Positions 35,376 through 45,301 of a DNA stretch of 52,851 nt are shown one piece after another. The number at the start of each line of letters is the position of its first letter. Positions within the stretch are counted from its first letter, which is position 1. The stretch lies in the IMG/VR virus record IMGVR_UViG_3300023115_000025, positions 1-52,851 of that record. One strand, 5' to 3'. The notes beneath the pieces are model-generated. The model was not told the origin of the DNA. It was given only the letters and a program-made list of their open reading frames with translations, and did not search any database. This stretch comes from a virus. Its lineage: Duplodnaviria; Caudoviricetes. Position numbers and translations under genes: made by a program.

Positions 35376-36421
35376 CAATCACCCCTCAATGCCGCAATGT
35401 ATAGGTCATTCATTATACTCTTTAATTTTGTTTTGTCAATATCAATTTCGTAATTATCAATATATTTTGACAGGAGGCCCATAGTATCCTCTGCGACATC
35501 TTCACTATCAACTTCTTCATAATCAACATCCACATCATCTTCTATAATACTAATGTCTGCAATGTCAGACTTATATAATTTGTCAACAAAAACATCGAAT
35601 TTATATGGGTTTGGTTTGTCCTCAACTATAAGTTTTACATATTTCCCTTTCATAGAATCAAGATCAAGTTTCATATCATCTTTGTACCAAACTTTATAAA
35701 ACATTCTATGTGGGTTTACAATGTATTCCAACTCATTTGTTTCTGTGTCCCAGATATGAAATCCTTTTGTATCTTTATAATCCGACCAAAACAATTCATA
35801 AGCAGTCCCAAGATATGTAATATTTCCTTGCATAGATTTGCAATGAAAATGTCCAGTGCATACCATATCAAATTTCTTAAAGATTTCTGAACTCATACCA
35901 CCTTCGTTTCGCAAACCACGCATCATTTCAAATCCGGCAAGCTCTAGATGAGAAAAACAAACTTTTGATTTTGTTTTTTTAATAGCCTTCATACTATCAT
36001 CATAATTTTCTGAGTTTATCCAAGGTAATAAAAATACATCAGTATTACCTATTTTTACTGTCTCTGGTTCAGAAATGACTCTTGGATTCCAGTTTGCATC
36101 CGTACCACTCAAAATATTTTCCATTGCATTTATTTTATTAGTATTTTTATAGTAGGTGTCGTGATTTCCAACAATGAAATAGGTATCTAAGTTATGGTTT
36201 TCCAACTCTCGAATAAAATCTTTTTTCATTCTATTAAGAATATTAAAATTAATAAACTTTCTACGATCAACAACATCACCCAAATGTATGAGAGTGTCAA
36301 TCTTTCTTTCTTTTATAGTGGGGAAAAATACATTCTTATAAAATTCCATCATATATTCGTAAAATAACACAGAGTCACCTCGAGCACCGAAGTGTGTGTC
36401 AGTCAATAAAGCAATTTTCAT
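35375..36421 (-). CDS. gp47: Recombination endonuclease subunit gp47 (Mre11-like)
   Basis: TDTHFG, HLGDVVDRR, VGNHD, GHFH. Confidence 0.97.
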   Translation of the reverse strand: MKIALLTDTHFGARGDSVLFYEYMMEFYKNVFFPTIKERKIDTLIHLGDVVDRRKFINFNILNRMKKDFIRELENHNLDTYFIVGNHDTYYKNTNKINAMENILSGTDANWNPRVISEPETVKIGNTDVFLLPWINSENYDDSMKAIKKTKSKVCFSHLELAGFEMMRGLRNEGGMSSEIFKKFDMVCTGHFHCKSMQGNITYLGTAYELFWSDYKDTKGFHIWDTETNELEYIVNPHRMFYKVWYKDDMKLDLDSMKGKYVKLIVEDKPNPYKFDVFVDKLYKSDIADISIIEDDVDVDYEEVDSEDVAEDTMGLLSKYIDNYEIDIDKTKLKSIMNDLYIAALRGD

Positions 36422-36966
36422 TATATACTATTGGCCTCTTCTTTAGACTTTCTACCACGTTTATTTTTTTTGTTTCTTTGTGACTGCTCAAACTCTTCTA
36501 AAAAATCGCCCATATTTGTTTGAATAAAATCCAAATAAGTATTCTTTACTTTACTACCATCACTAGAATGCATTATCTCTTCGATCAAATCTGCATTTTC
36601 AAGTGATTTATATTTTACATACATTTGTTTTTTCTCTTTTTGAATTCTACGAATAAATGCATAATAAATAATTTGAGTAAAATATGCAAATGGATTTTTA
36701 CTTTTATCAGGGTCAAAATTATCAATGTATAACAAACAATTTTCAATCCCATCACATATCATATCTTCTTTATATGTGTAGTTGATAAAGTTAGGCCTGT
36801 ATGATAAATGCTCTGCAATCTTCATGATACAGTCGCCAATATAGTTTGATACTATAGGTCTAGGTAAGTTTTTTTCTTTCGCCTCTTGTACTTCAGCGCG
36901 AAATTTAATCATTTCCGCAAGTAAGGCCTTGTTGTCAACATAATGTTGTTTGGTTTTCTTTGCCAT
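36421..36966 (-). CDS. gp55: Late transcription sigma factor gp55
   Basis: HYVDNK, LSYRPNFINYTY, NPFAYFTQIIYYAFIRRIQKEKKQ. Confidence 0.97.
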   Translation of the reverse strand: MAKKTKQHYVDNKALLAEMIKFRAEVQEAKEKNLPRPIVSNYIGDCIMKIAEHLSYRPNFINYTYKEDMICDGIENCLLYIDNFDPDKSKNPFAYFTQIIYYAFIRRIQKEKKQMYVKYKSLENADLIEEIMHSSDGSKVKNTYLDFIQTNMGDFLEEFEQSQRNKKNKRGRKSKEEANSI

Positions 36967-36987
36967 ATTTCACCTCAAATTTATACT

Positions 36988-37016
36988 AATATATCACAAA
37001 AATATTTTTTTGTCAA
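36988..37016 (-). promoter_or_regulatory. Sigma70-type promoter for gp55
   Basis: TTGACA-17 nt-TATATT with an extended TG. Confidence 0.75.
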
Positions 37017-37030
37017 TACCAAAAAATCTA

Positions 37031-37058
37031 TTGACAAATCGCTTGACTTGTGTATAAT
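37031..37058 (+). promoter_or_regulatory. Divergent (antisense) sigma70 consensus promoter
   Basis: TTGACA-16 nt-TATAAT on the + strand; no + strand gene downstream. Confidence 0.6.
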
Positions 37059-37083
37059 GGTCGGTGACCATTGATAATAAGGA

Positions 37084-37515
37084 TTAGTGAAATGTTATAT
37101 TTCTCTTAGCTTTAATCATTTCTACTATCCTGTCAAACGCTTCATTCGCTTCTTCAGAGCTATCTTCTTCGATTTCTTTTTCTAATTCTTGTTCTATTAA
37201 AGGTTCTTCTCTGTGTTCGTTTACACTGACTCTGATGTAATATTCTAACAGGTCGGGTTTTACATTAGATATTGTTAAAACATTATCTAAACTTAAAGCA
37301 ATTTTTTCGTCATGTGTAAAAGGATTCCATTTAGTAATTGCAATTTGTTGATACCCTGTGTTTGCAGGTCCATTAAAGATTTTAATAGTATATGGATCTA
37401 TTAAATAAACAATATTATTTTGAAGGTTTTTTAGGCCTGAAACTTGAGATATTATATCTTCACCGTTATATAATTTAATAACACAATATTCAGTATTTTC
37501 TGTTTCTAAGGTCAT
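37084..37515 (-). CDS. Conserved hypothetical protein between uvsW and gp55 (Sm-like N-terminus)
   Basis: VIKLYNGEDIIS...W.PF; usual position in marine T4-like phages. Confidence 0.75.
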   Translation of the reverse strand: MTLETENTEYCVIKLYNGEDIISQVSGLKNLQNNIVYLIDPYTIKIFNGPANTGYQQIAITKWNPFTHDEKIALSLDNVLTISNVKPDLLEYYIRVSVNEHREEPLIEQELEKEIEEDSSEEANEAFDRIVEMIKAKRNITFH

Positions 37516-37517
37516 TA

Positions 37518-39050
37518 TTATTCCTTATATAAATTAACATCATAAACTTGAAAATCAAATTTTTCTTCATTGTATATATTTATGCGTTCAATAAAGTGTC
37601 TTAACGCAAAGTTAATATATGTCTTGTGTTTTAAATCATCTGCAATATCTATCAGAGTTGCAACTTGTTTATTATCGCCCTTTCTAAGGCCTCTTCCTAT
37701 AGATTGTAGATTTCTAATTCTACTTTTCGAAGGAGATGCGAAAATAATATTATGAAGATTTCTAATATTTACACCCGTAGAAAAAGTACCATAAGATGCA
37801 ACGATAATTGCATTGCTTGATTTTTCCGTGATACTACGAATTTCTTCTCTGACTTCAGCTTTTGTTTCAGCGGCGACAAAGAAACATGGTCTTTTATTAT
37901 CTAAACTATTTTCTATCTTATCTACTAACATAGAATGTAATGGTTTTCCATGTTTTTCTACATAGTTATATAGTAGTAAAGTATTACCAGATAAAGAGTG
38001 CGTTAAATTTGTAATATACTTATTTCTTTTTTCATTACCAATTATAAAATCTATTTCATCTTTATACTTTCTACCTTTATTCTCTTTTCTCATTTCGTCT
38101 GGATATTTGAAAACTAAACATTTAATTTTAAAATCTGCAAGAGTTTTACTGTCAATAAGTTTTCTAGTGGATGTTACAACTTTAACATCTCCAAACAAAC
38201 CATTCAATACAAGTTTATGTGTCTTTGTTCCATCTAATGTACCTGTCGTACCAAATCGATATTTACAATTAGAAAGTTTCTCCATAATTTTTGTAAGGGA
38301 ATTAGCCTTAAATAAGTGACATTCATCACCAATCACAACACCAAATTGGTCAAAGTATTGTCTACCCATTTTATAGATAGACTGCCACGTAGATATAACT
38401 ACTTTTTTGTTTGTCGCCTTTTCTTCGCCTTGATAAATTTTATGACAATACTTTTCTACGTCCCATCCATAATCTTTAAAGTCGCCATACATCTGTGTAA
38501 CTAATGAAGTTGTTGGAACAATGATAAGAATTTTTTTACCTTTTACATTTGGATGCATATTGTAAAATCTAACAAGAGTGTATATAATTAAAGACTTGCC
38601 AGAAGCTGTAGGAGAAATTAATAGACCTCTGTCGTTTTGTATAGAATACTTTACGGCCTCTAACTGATAGTCTCTATACTCTATCTTTTTCCCCTGAGAG
38701 TGTGGATCTATCATATCTGTCAAAGATTTTAAATCATTATCTGTAAAATCTATTTTATTTTCATCGTTTACATATTCAAATTCATAATTATTTTTTTCAC
38801 AAAATCTTTTTATATTATTTACAAGTCCAAGATATATTTTTTTATTATTTGGATTTAATAATCTAATTCTACCATCCCAAAGTTTATTTCTGTACGCAGG
38901 CATAAATTCTGCGCCAGGGACTTTAAAAGTAAAATATTCGACAAGTTCTTTTAGAATATAAAACTCATCACTATCTACTTCACAAAAAACTTCATTTAGT
39001 TTTGTAACGATTACTTTATTAACCACCTTCAGTCCACTTTTTCCATTCAA
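37518..39050 (-). CDS. uvsW: DNA helicase UvsW (start codon uncertain)
   Basis: WDGRIRL, SPTASGKS, GDECH, LQSIGRGLR. Confidence 0.96.
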   Translation of the reverse strand: MNGKSGLKVVNKVIVTKLNEVFCEVDSDEFYILKELVEYFTFKVPGAEFMPAYRNKLWDGRIRLLNPNNKKIYLGLVNNIKRFCEKNNYEFEYVNDENKIDFTDNDLKSLTDMIDPHSQGKKIEYRDYQLEAVKYSIQNDRGLLISPTASGKSLIIYTLVRFYNMHPNVKGKKILIIVPTTSLVTQMYGDFKDYGWDVEKYCHKIYQGEEKATNKKVVISTWQSIYKMGRQYFDQFGVVIGDECHLFKANSLTKIMEKLSNCKYRFGTTGTLDGTKTHKLVLNGLFGDVKVVTSTRKLIDSKTLADFKIKCLVFKYPDEMRKENKGRKYKDEIDFIIGNEKRNKYITNLTHSLSGNTLLLYNYVEKHGKPLHSMLVDKIENSLDNKRPCFFVAAETKAEVREEIRSITEKSSNAIIVASYGTFSTGVNIRNLHNIIFASPSKSRIRNLQSIGRGLRKGDNKQVATLIDIADDLKHKTYINFALRHFIERINIYNEEKFDFQVYDVNLYKE

Positions 39051-39456
39051 TATAGTTTTTTATTGTCCATTTCTTTTCAGATATTTGATCTATTGTTTTT
39101 TCTATGAAATATACAATTTGTGTTTGTGCTTCTAATTTATGTTTAGATAGAATTACTTCGTCATCCGAATCCATCCACATAAATAAATCTGCCTTCAAAA
39201 CTTTTGTGCCTTCAAGAGCCCAACCAAGATTTTCTCTTTGGTCGTCGTCCATTTTACCCATGTAATATTTTGTTTTGAGTGCTACGAGTCTTTTGTGCTC
39301 TGTCTCTAATAAAACTAATTTTGACCTTTGCACTTGATGATATTCTAACCATTTTCCCAATAAGTTTGGGTTTTTTGTCATTTCATTCTCTAGTGAAAGG
39401 AAATCAATTTTAATGTCCGATTTAGACTCTTCAATTAAATCCTTTATATTCGCCAT
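39019..39456 (-). CDS. uvsY: Recombination mediator UvsY
   Basis: YYMGK, IKNYIEWKKW.EG C-terminus; synteny. Confidence 0.9.
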   Translation of the reverse strand: MANIKDLIEESKSDIKIDFLSLENEMTKNPNLLGKWLEYHQVQRSKLVLLETEHKRLVALKTKYYMGKMDDDQRENLGWALEGTKVLKADLFMWMDSDDEVILSKHKLEAQTQIVYFIEKTIDQISEKKWTIKNYIEWKKWTEGG

Positions 39457-39457
39457 C

Positions 39458-39979
39458 TTAATCTATCAATTCAACTTCATAACTTCTATATTGAAAATCC
39501 ATAACAACAGATAAAAACTCATCTCCAGTTTCACCAAAAGATAATGGGATATCACCCAGAGCAATTGGAAATAAATCATAAAACTTTAATTTCATAAATG
39601 GTTTTTGTTGACTTGTATATAACAAAAGTGATGCATCAGAAAATGCTTCTGCTGGTGATAATATTGTTTTTGCGTTTGGATTAAAATTTTTGTATTGAGA
39701 AAAGCTTTCTGGAAATCCTAAACCATTTATCCAATCATATACTTCTTTCCAAACTTTAAGTTCTTCATCTAATATGACAGTTAAAGACAACACAGAAAAT
39801 ATAATTTTATCGCCCGGTTCTTTTCTGTCGCTAAATGGTGTGCCCGCAATAGCTTCGCCAAGAGTTAGTCCAGGCACAGACACAGACTGTACATAGTCAG
39901 AAACCATCGGACATTTGCCTATGTCCAAACTAAATGTTTGAGAATTAAACTTGTTAAAGTTATCTGTATTAAGTAACAT
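39458..39979 (-). CDS. gp3: Tail completion/sheath stabiliser gp3
   Basis: QSVSVPGLTLG, PGDKI.F..L, LDEEL..W.E.Y.W, SDA.L, FP..L; position after gp23. Confidence 0.9.
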   Translation of the reverse strand: MLLNTDNFNKFNSQTFSLDIGKCPMVSDYVQSVSVPGLTLGEAIAGTPFSDRKEPGDKIIFSVLSLTVILDEELKVWKEVYDWINGLGFPESFSQYKNFNPNAKTILSPAEAFSDASLLLYTSQQKPFMKLKFYDLFPIALGDIPLSFGETGDEFLSVVMDFQYRSYEVELID

Positions 39980-39997
39980 ACTTTTCTCCTTCACATA

Positions 39998-40005
39998 TAT
40001 TTATA
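39998..40005 (-). promoter_or_regulatory. Late promoter TATAAATA (gp3)
   Basis: Exact match. Confidence 0.8.
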
Positions 40006-40008
40006 ATG

Positions 40009-40032
40009 AAAAAAGGGGGCAAAAGCCCCCTT
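40009..40032 (-). terminator. Rho-independent terminator after gp23
   Basis: AAGGGGGC-TTTT-GCCCCC followed by TTTTTT. Confidence 0.9.
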
Positions 40033-40060
40033 AGTTTTTGAAAGTATATTGTTATTGTTA

Positions 40061-41425
40061 TTATACTTTGAGCAGATTGTCCACGCGGAACATTCTGTAG
40101 TATTGGTTTGCGCGGTCAGCGATTGCACCACTGTTTGCACTACCACCACCAGCAAATGGATTTGCAACAATACCGTAACGTGTTTTAAATCCGATTTTTG
40201 GTTGGAAGGTATCTGGTCCAACTGCACGAACCATTTGTAGTGGAACGTATGGGCAATAGAACAGACCTGCGTCATATGGTGAAGTACCTTTATATCCAAC
40301 ACATGCGAGTTCATATGAACCAGCAGCGTCAAAATATGGGTCAATGTAAACGCGCATCTTACCGTTGAGGATACCAGCAAAAGTTTGTCCGGTGTCATCT
40401 ACTGAGATACCATTGTTTACTGCAAGAGCTTGGTTGTAGTCAAGTACACCGGCCATTGAGAGAGCTGAAGCGACATCTGAAGAACAGATGAGCATGTTAC
40501 CCTTACCACGGCGAGTTGCTTTTGCAATTGCGTTTGCTTCGCGTTCGATTTGGAAAAGAAGACCTTTCCATTTCTCTGCACTCCAGCGTCCGTCTGCATC
40601 AGCACCCAAGTCAAAGACACCTGGCTTAACAGTTCCAGCTGCACCAATAACTGCACTTGAGTATACTGTGCGGATAACTTCGCGGTTGATTTCTGCCATA
40701 ATCTCAGTTGAGAGAATGTTAGAAAGTTCAGACTCTGCATCCAGTCCATGAACTGCTTTCAAGTCTTGTGCGAGTTCCATTGTGTATTCTGCTTTGAGAG
40801 CGCGTGACTTTGCGGCCACAGTAATTCTCTCAATTGAGAATGCCATTTGGTTGAAGTGTCCACTCGTACCCATGTTGTTTGCGTTACCGTCACCGAGTCT
40901 TTCAGCTTCGGCTGTAGTACCACCAACACCAGATGAGTGTGTAGCATTAGTCACATCAACAGGTGTACCATTTGCAAATACCATACCTGCGAATGGATCC
41001 GTAGATGCGTGAGTACCAGTACCTGAGAAATCAGAGTCTGCTTCGTTATAGAATGCCTCTGAACCAGTTTGTGATTCGTAACGCGAACGCATTGCGAAAA
41101 TCAAACCAGTTGGTCCTGACATTGGTTGAACACCGAGCAGATCGTATGCCATCAGATTTGGCATTGACCGGCGAACCAAAGAAATAAGGACTGGGTCCAT
41201 ACCTTTGATGTTACCTTCTCCAGCCGTTGGTGACATTCCGGCACCAACAATGTTTACTTCGTTAAGCATTGCCGCTTCTTCTGCAGCTGCCTTTTCTTGG
41301 TTTTCTAGGAGAATTGCAGTAACCGCCTTTTTGTAAGTATCCTTAATCTCTGGAAGATCAGGATGCTCAATGATCGGCTTCCACTTCTCCTGAAGTTTGT
41401 CTGACAAATGCATTTCTGTATACAT
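40061..41425 (-). CDS. gp23: Major capsid protein gp23
   Basis: DPVLISLVRR.MP, GVQPMSGPTGLIFAMR, ELAQDLKAVHGLDAE.EL.NILSTEI, FQPKIGFKTRYG. Confidence 0.99.
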   Translation of the reverse strand: MYTEMHLSDKLQEKWKPIIEHPDLPEIKDTYKKAVTAILLENQEKAAAEEAAMLNEVNIVGAGMSPTAGEGNIKGMDPVLISLVRRSMPNLMAYDLLGVQPMSGPTGLIFAMRSRYESQTGSEAFYNEADSDFSGTGTHASTDPFAGMVFANGTPVDVTNATHSSGVGGTTAEAERLGDGNANNMGTSGHFNQMAFSIERITVAAKSRALKAEYTMELAQDLKAVHGLDAESELSNILSTEIMAEINREVIRTVYSSAVIGAAGTVKPGVFDLGADADGRWSAEKWKGLLFQIEREANAIAKATRRGKGNMLICSSDVASALSMAGVLDYNQALAVNNGISVDDTGQTFAGILNGKMRVYIDPYFDAAGSYELACVGYKGTSPYDAGLFYCPYVPLQMVRAVGPDTFQPKIGFKTRYGIVANPFAGGGSANSGAIADRANQYYRMFRVDNLLKV

Positions 41426-41472
41426 CTTAGTCTCCTTGTTAAAAGTTTAGTTTCAGTTTATAACTTCAATAT

Positions 41473-41480
41473 TATTTATA
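41473..41480 (-). promoter_or_regulatory. Late promoter TATAAATA (gp23)
   Basis: Exact match. Confidence 0.85.
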
Positions 41481-41485
41481 AATTT

Positions 41486-42520
41486 TCAATTTTTAGCAAA
41501 TCTTGACAAAACGGCAGCATAGGCATCCATATTTGTGTATTTACTTGGTTGTTTGGAAGCTTCCTCTTGAATTACAACAGGAGAATCTTCTAGCGCAGTT
41601 TCTGCTTCTGTCTCATCAGAAATCTCAGTAGTTACTTCAACTTCGTCTGAAGGAAAATAGTTTTCCTTGAGCACTTTTAGTTTTTCACTAAAGTCCTCTG
41701 TAGAAACAAAATCAATACCCTCACTAAGTGAACGAAGTTTTTCTGATTGCGTCAATGTCAAACCTTCGGTGATGTCACGAACTGCAATTTCTTTTTGTAG
41801 CAATTCAACTTCTTTTGAAAGTTCAACTGACTTTTTGATTTCGTCATTCAATTTAGTTTCGGTTTCTTCTAGATTTGAAACTGACTCGGTATAGAGGTCT
41901 AGTTTCTCTTCTGGAATATCTACATAATTTTCAACAAATACTGCCTTGAGACCTTTTTGGAAATTTTCCATGATTTCCAATTTCAATCCGTTTTCAACAG
42001 CAAGTTTGTTTTCTTCTAACCATTCTTTTGCAATATAGGTTAGATACTCATCTACTTTTTCAGAAATTTCGGTACGAATTTCTACCAAATTTTCTTCGAG
42101 AGTTTCTTTGTATTCTTCTTCTAGTTTTTCAACTTCTTCATTAATTTTTTCAAGTACTGCGGCTTCAAAGATAGTTTGAGCTTTCTCTTTAAATTCTTCC
42201 GATAGATCTTGTCCAGAGAGCATTGCATCGATATGCTCTTTTACATCAATGTCTTCTTTGGCCACCTTTTTCTTTGAGGCCATTTTATTACCATATGATG
42301 CATTCATTGGTTTCTTTTCTTTATCTTCTTCATCGTCTTCTTCCTCATCATCCTCGCGATCATCTTCGACGATCTCTTTGGTTTCAGAAGTTTCCTCGAC
42401 AATATCAGTTTCTGCTGACTCTTCAGATTCAACAACTGTTTCTTCTACAGTTACTTCTTCTTCAACAACAGATTCTTCAACATTTTCATTTTCGTTGATT
42501 TCTAATTCTTTATCTGCCAT
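41486..42520 (-). CDS. gp22: Prohead core scaffold protein gp22
   Basis: LSEEFKEKA.TIFEAAV, VD.YL.Y...EW..EN.LAVE.G, F.ENY.DIP. Confidence 0.95.
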   Translation of the reverse strand: MADKELEINENENVEESVVEEEVTVEETVVESEESAETDIVEETSETKEIVEDDREDDEEEDDEEDKEKKPMNASYGNKMASKKKVAKEDIDVKEHIDAMLSGQDLSEEFKEKAQTIFEAAVLEKINEEVEKLEEEYKETLEENLVEIRTEISEKVDEYLTYIAKEWLEENKLAVENGLKLEIMENFQKGLKAVFVENYVDIPEEKLDLYTESVSNLEETETKLNDEIKKSVELSKEVELLQKEIAVRDITEGLTLTQSEKLRSLSEGIDFVSTEDFSEKLKVLKENYFPSDEVEVTTEISDETEAETALEDSPVVIQEEASKQPSKYTNMDAYAAVLSRFAKN

Positions 42521-42564
42521 TTTAGGTCTCCTATTACGACTTTAAAAATTGTTACAATTATATT

Positions 42565-42572
42565 TATTTATA
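42565..42572 (-). promoter_or_regulatory. Late promoter TATAAATA (gp22)
   Basis: Exact match. Confidence 0.8.
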
Positions 42573-42576
42573 AAAA

Positions 42577-43218
42577 TCACAAACTCGACAAAAAGTTTTT
42601 GAATAAGTTAATCTTTGTTTCCTCAAGTTGAGACTTTCTCGCTTCTTTCAATTCCTGTGAATAGGAGTCGATAGTAGCTTCTTTAATGATACCATTGTCC
42701 CAAATCCACTCTTTACCTTCCATTATACCATTAACAAATGCGTCCGGCGCAGATGGATCTGCAACGATATCAGCAGCTGTTGCAAGATAAAAATCATTCT
42801 GTACAACATTAGCGCCACCTGACGATTTAACACTACCCATGCCTCTTGATGAAACACCAAGCTGTGCCCCTTCTTTGATAAGATTTTTTACAATTGCACC
42901 ATAAGGTGTTTCCGTCATAATTTTAGCCTTACCAATGAAATTCTTATCTTCCAGTCTCAACTCTTTAATCATATGCGAGACTCTTTCTAAATTAATAGTA
43001 GGACCGTCTGGATGTCCTAACTCACCAAACGCTCTGTTTTTATTTACATAGTTTTCCGTATATCTATTTACTTCATTCATTAAAACATCAGTAGGATAAA
43101 TTCTACCATTTCTGTTTTTAACATCAGACTGTAAGAATACCCCTTCGATATACAAATCATTGCCAGATTTAGACTCGACAATATTGATGTCTTCTATAAC
43201 TTCGGTTATGAGTTTCAT
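42577..43218 (-). CDS. gp21: Prohead protease gp21
   Basis: MKLITE, NRNGRIY, GELGHP, GVSSRGMGS, DIVADPSAPDA. Confidence 0.97.
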   Translation of the reverse strand: MKLITEVIEDINIVESKSGNDLYIEGVFLQSDVKNRNGRIYPTDVLMNEVNRYTENYVNKNRAFGELGHPDGPTINLERVSHMIKELRLEDKNFIGKAKIMTETPYGAIVKNLIKEGAQLGVSSRGMGSVKSSGGANVVQNDFYLATAADIVADPSAPDAFVNGIMEGKEWIWDNGIIKEATIDSYSQELKEARKSQLEETKINLFKNFLSSL

Positions 43219-43481
43219 AGTCCTGTCCTTTTCATATTTGATCTATTTCTTTTCATATTTGAAATAGCAACTTTACCTCTTCTCTTGCGAGCAGATTTCT
43301 TATTTCTAATACTCATCTTAATAGCATCACTGGCACCAATTTTAATTTCGCGTTTGTTTTTGACATAATATCCCGGCCTATCCGAAACGTATTTAATTTT
43401 TCTTTTACCCTGACGAACAACAACTTTTCTTTTTATTGCTTCGTCTAGATCGTCTGCAAGATACTCCGAAAAACTTAACAT
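43215..43481 (-). CDS. Prohead core protein gp68-like
   Basis: Very basic; lies between the gp67-like gene and gp21; begins MLSFSEYLADDLDE. Confidence 0.65.
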   Translation of the reverse strand: MLSFSEYLADDLDEAIKRKVVVRQGKRKIKYVSDRPGYYVKNKREIKIGASDAIKMSIRNKKSARKRRGKVAISNMKRNRSNMKRTGL

Positions 43482-43482
43482 T

Positions 43483-43752
43483 TTATGCCTCTTTTTCTGT
43501 TTCTATTTCAACATCATCTACATTTGTTTCGTCAGTTAAATCTACATCGTCTACTTCGATATCTTCGATTGATGGTTCGTCTGCAAAAATAGTTGCTGCA
43601 AACTCTTTTTTATAATCTTCTATTTCACCAGATATTTTATGTTTCAAAATATCGTGAATTTCGTCTTTCGCTTTCGACACATTACCCAGTACGATATTAT
43701 CTACAACATCTGACGTGATGTTATTATTTATATTTTCTGATTTATCACTCAT
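43483..43752 (-). CDS. Prohead core protein gp67-like
   Basis: Small acidic protein directly after gp20. Confidence 0.7.
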   Translation of the reverse strand: MSDKSENINNNITSDVVDNIVLGNVSKAKDEIHDILKHKISGEIEDYKKEFAATIFADEPSIEDIEVDDVDLTDETNVDDVEIETEKEA

Positions 43753-43761
43753 TTTTCACTC

Positions 43762-45270
43762 CTATAAGTTATTTTCATCGGATGGTTCTTGGGTCGGTTC
43801 TTCTGGTTTTTCAGAATCCATCTGTGATTGCATTTCTCTTATTTCATCATCAGACATTTTTAATATATTACGGCGTATCCAATCTTTTGAATAGTAAACA
43901 CCAACAAAATCTGCCATCTCTCCAACTAATGTGATTCTATCTCTAATCATTTCTGTATTCTTAATTTCTGTGTAATAAGAATCTTGTGTATAATCTAAAA
44001 TGATTTCTTCTGATAGTTCTTCCCAATCTTCTGGAGAAATGATACCTTTAATGATTAATTGTTTCTTTAACAAATCCATAAACAGAACTGTAAACGAATT
44101 TCTTAATCTTACAATAAATCTATTAAACTTATATTCATCTCTTGAAATTTCAGTAGCTCTACCCAATTGAATACTGTTTTCTGGTTCAAGTCTAGAGATT
44201 GGAACATTTAGCGCCTTGTATAATTTCTTTTGGAAATAAATTACATCGTCCATTTCCCCAAGATTTGATCCGCCGGGAAGTGTCTCAATTTCAGTTCCCC
44301 TACCACCCTCTCTGCGCGGAAACCAAAAATCTTCTAACATGGAAAGATGTTTTCTGTCATCTCTTACTTCGCCAGTACTACCGTCATAAACAATTTTATT
44401 TTTATATTTTGTCATTATATCGTTAAGATATTGTTCGGCTTTCATTTTAGGTAAATTACCAACATCAATATAAAACACTCTACGTTCTGGTGCTCTTGAC
44501 CATCTATAAATTACAACGGAGTCTTCTACAAGTCTTAACTGATTAAGTGGTTTGATAGCTTTATGTAAATGTCCAATGACATAATTTCTTTTTCCATCTT
44601 TTAATCCAGATGGACAATATGCAACGGAATCGAGTGTGATAGGAATACCACCAGCAGTGTCTCCGTTAATTATACCTTTATCATTGTAAATGTAATATTC
44701 TTTTACATTGGAAATAAGGGATACATTTGTTTCGCCTTGTTTTCTATCTTTCTTTTCGATCTCTCTAATTTTTTTAATTTTTCTTGGATCGATTTTTCTT
44801 AATTCTTTAATACCTTCTTTTGGTTTGTTTGGATCGATTATAATGTGATAATATAATCTACCATCTATATACCAATTTCTAAAAATATCATAACCATTTT
44901 CTCTAAACTTCATCAACCGTAGAATTTTACTAAATTCTTCGGATATTGTTTTCTTTACAGTTTCTGACTGGTTTACATTTTTAGTAAGAAGTTTAATAGG
45001 ATATTCATCTGTATCATTAACAATAGCTTCTGCGACAATATCATCGATTGCAGAATCTACTTCTGGATGAATTGACATATCCCTATATCTATCAATGAGT
45101 TCGGAATCACTCTTTGCGTTATTATCTAGATTTAGATATGTTCCATAAAAGTTTGATTGAACTGTAAGAGAACCCTCATCATTGACCGTTTCTCTTGGTA
45201 CAAATGATTTGAGTTCTCTTTCTTGTTCTTTTGGACGACTTATTTCAAAGCCAAATAGTTTGACAGCCAT
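43762..45270 (-). CDS. gp20: Portal protein gp20
   Basis: KLFGFEI, WYIDGR, YR.SRAPERRVFYIDVGNLPK, EDFW.PRREGGRGTEI.TLPGG. Confidence 0.98.
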   Translation of the reverse strand: MAVKLFGFEISRPKEQERELKSFVPRETVNDEGSLTVQSNFYGTYLNLDNNAKSDSELIDRYRDMSIHPEVDSAIDDIVAEAIVNDTDEYPIKLLTKNVNQSETVKKTISEEFSKILRLMKFRENGYDIFRNWYIDGRLYYHIIIDPNKPKEGIKELRKIDPRKIKKIREIEKKDRKQGETNVSLISNVKEYYIYNDKGIINGDTAGGIPITLDSVAYCPSGLKDGKRNYVIGHLHKAIKPLNQLRLVEDSVVIYRWSRAPERRVFYIDVGNLPKMKAEQYLNDIMTKYKNKIVYDGSTGEVRDDRKHLSMLEDFWFPRREGGRGTEIETLPGGSNLGEMDDVIYFQKKLYKALNVPISRLEPENSIQLGRATEISRDEYKFNRFIVRLRNSFTVLFMDLLKKQLIIKGIISPEDWEELSEEIILDYTQDSYYTEIKNTEMIRDRITLVGEMADFVGVYYSKDWIRRNILKMSDDEIREMQSQMDSEKPEEPTQEPSDENNL

Positions 45271-45301
45271 ATATAATTCACCTCACATCCATTTTAAATA
45301 C

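Noticed and set aside
36978-36985. TATAAATT upstream of gp55 as an autoregulatory late promoter
   Set aside because: Imperfect match, and so close to the ATG that the transcript would lose most of the SD; the sigma70 promoter overlapping this region already explains expression.
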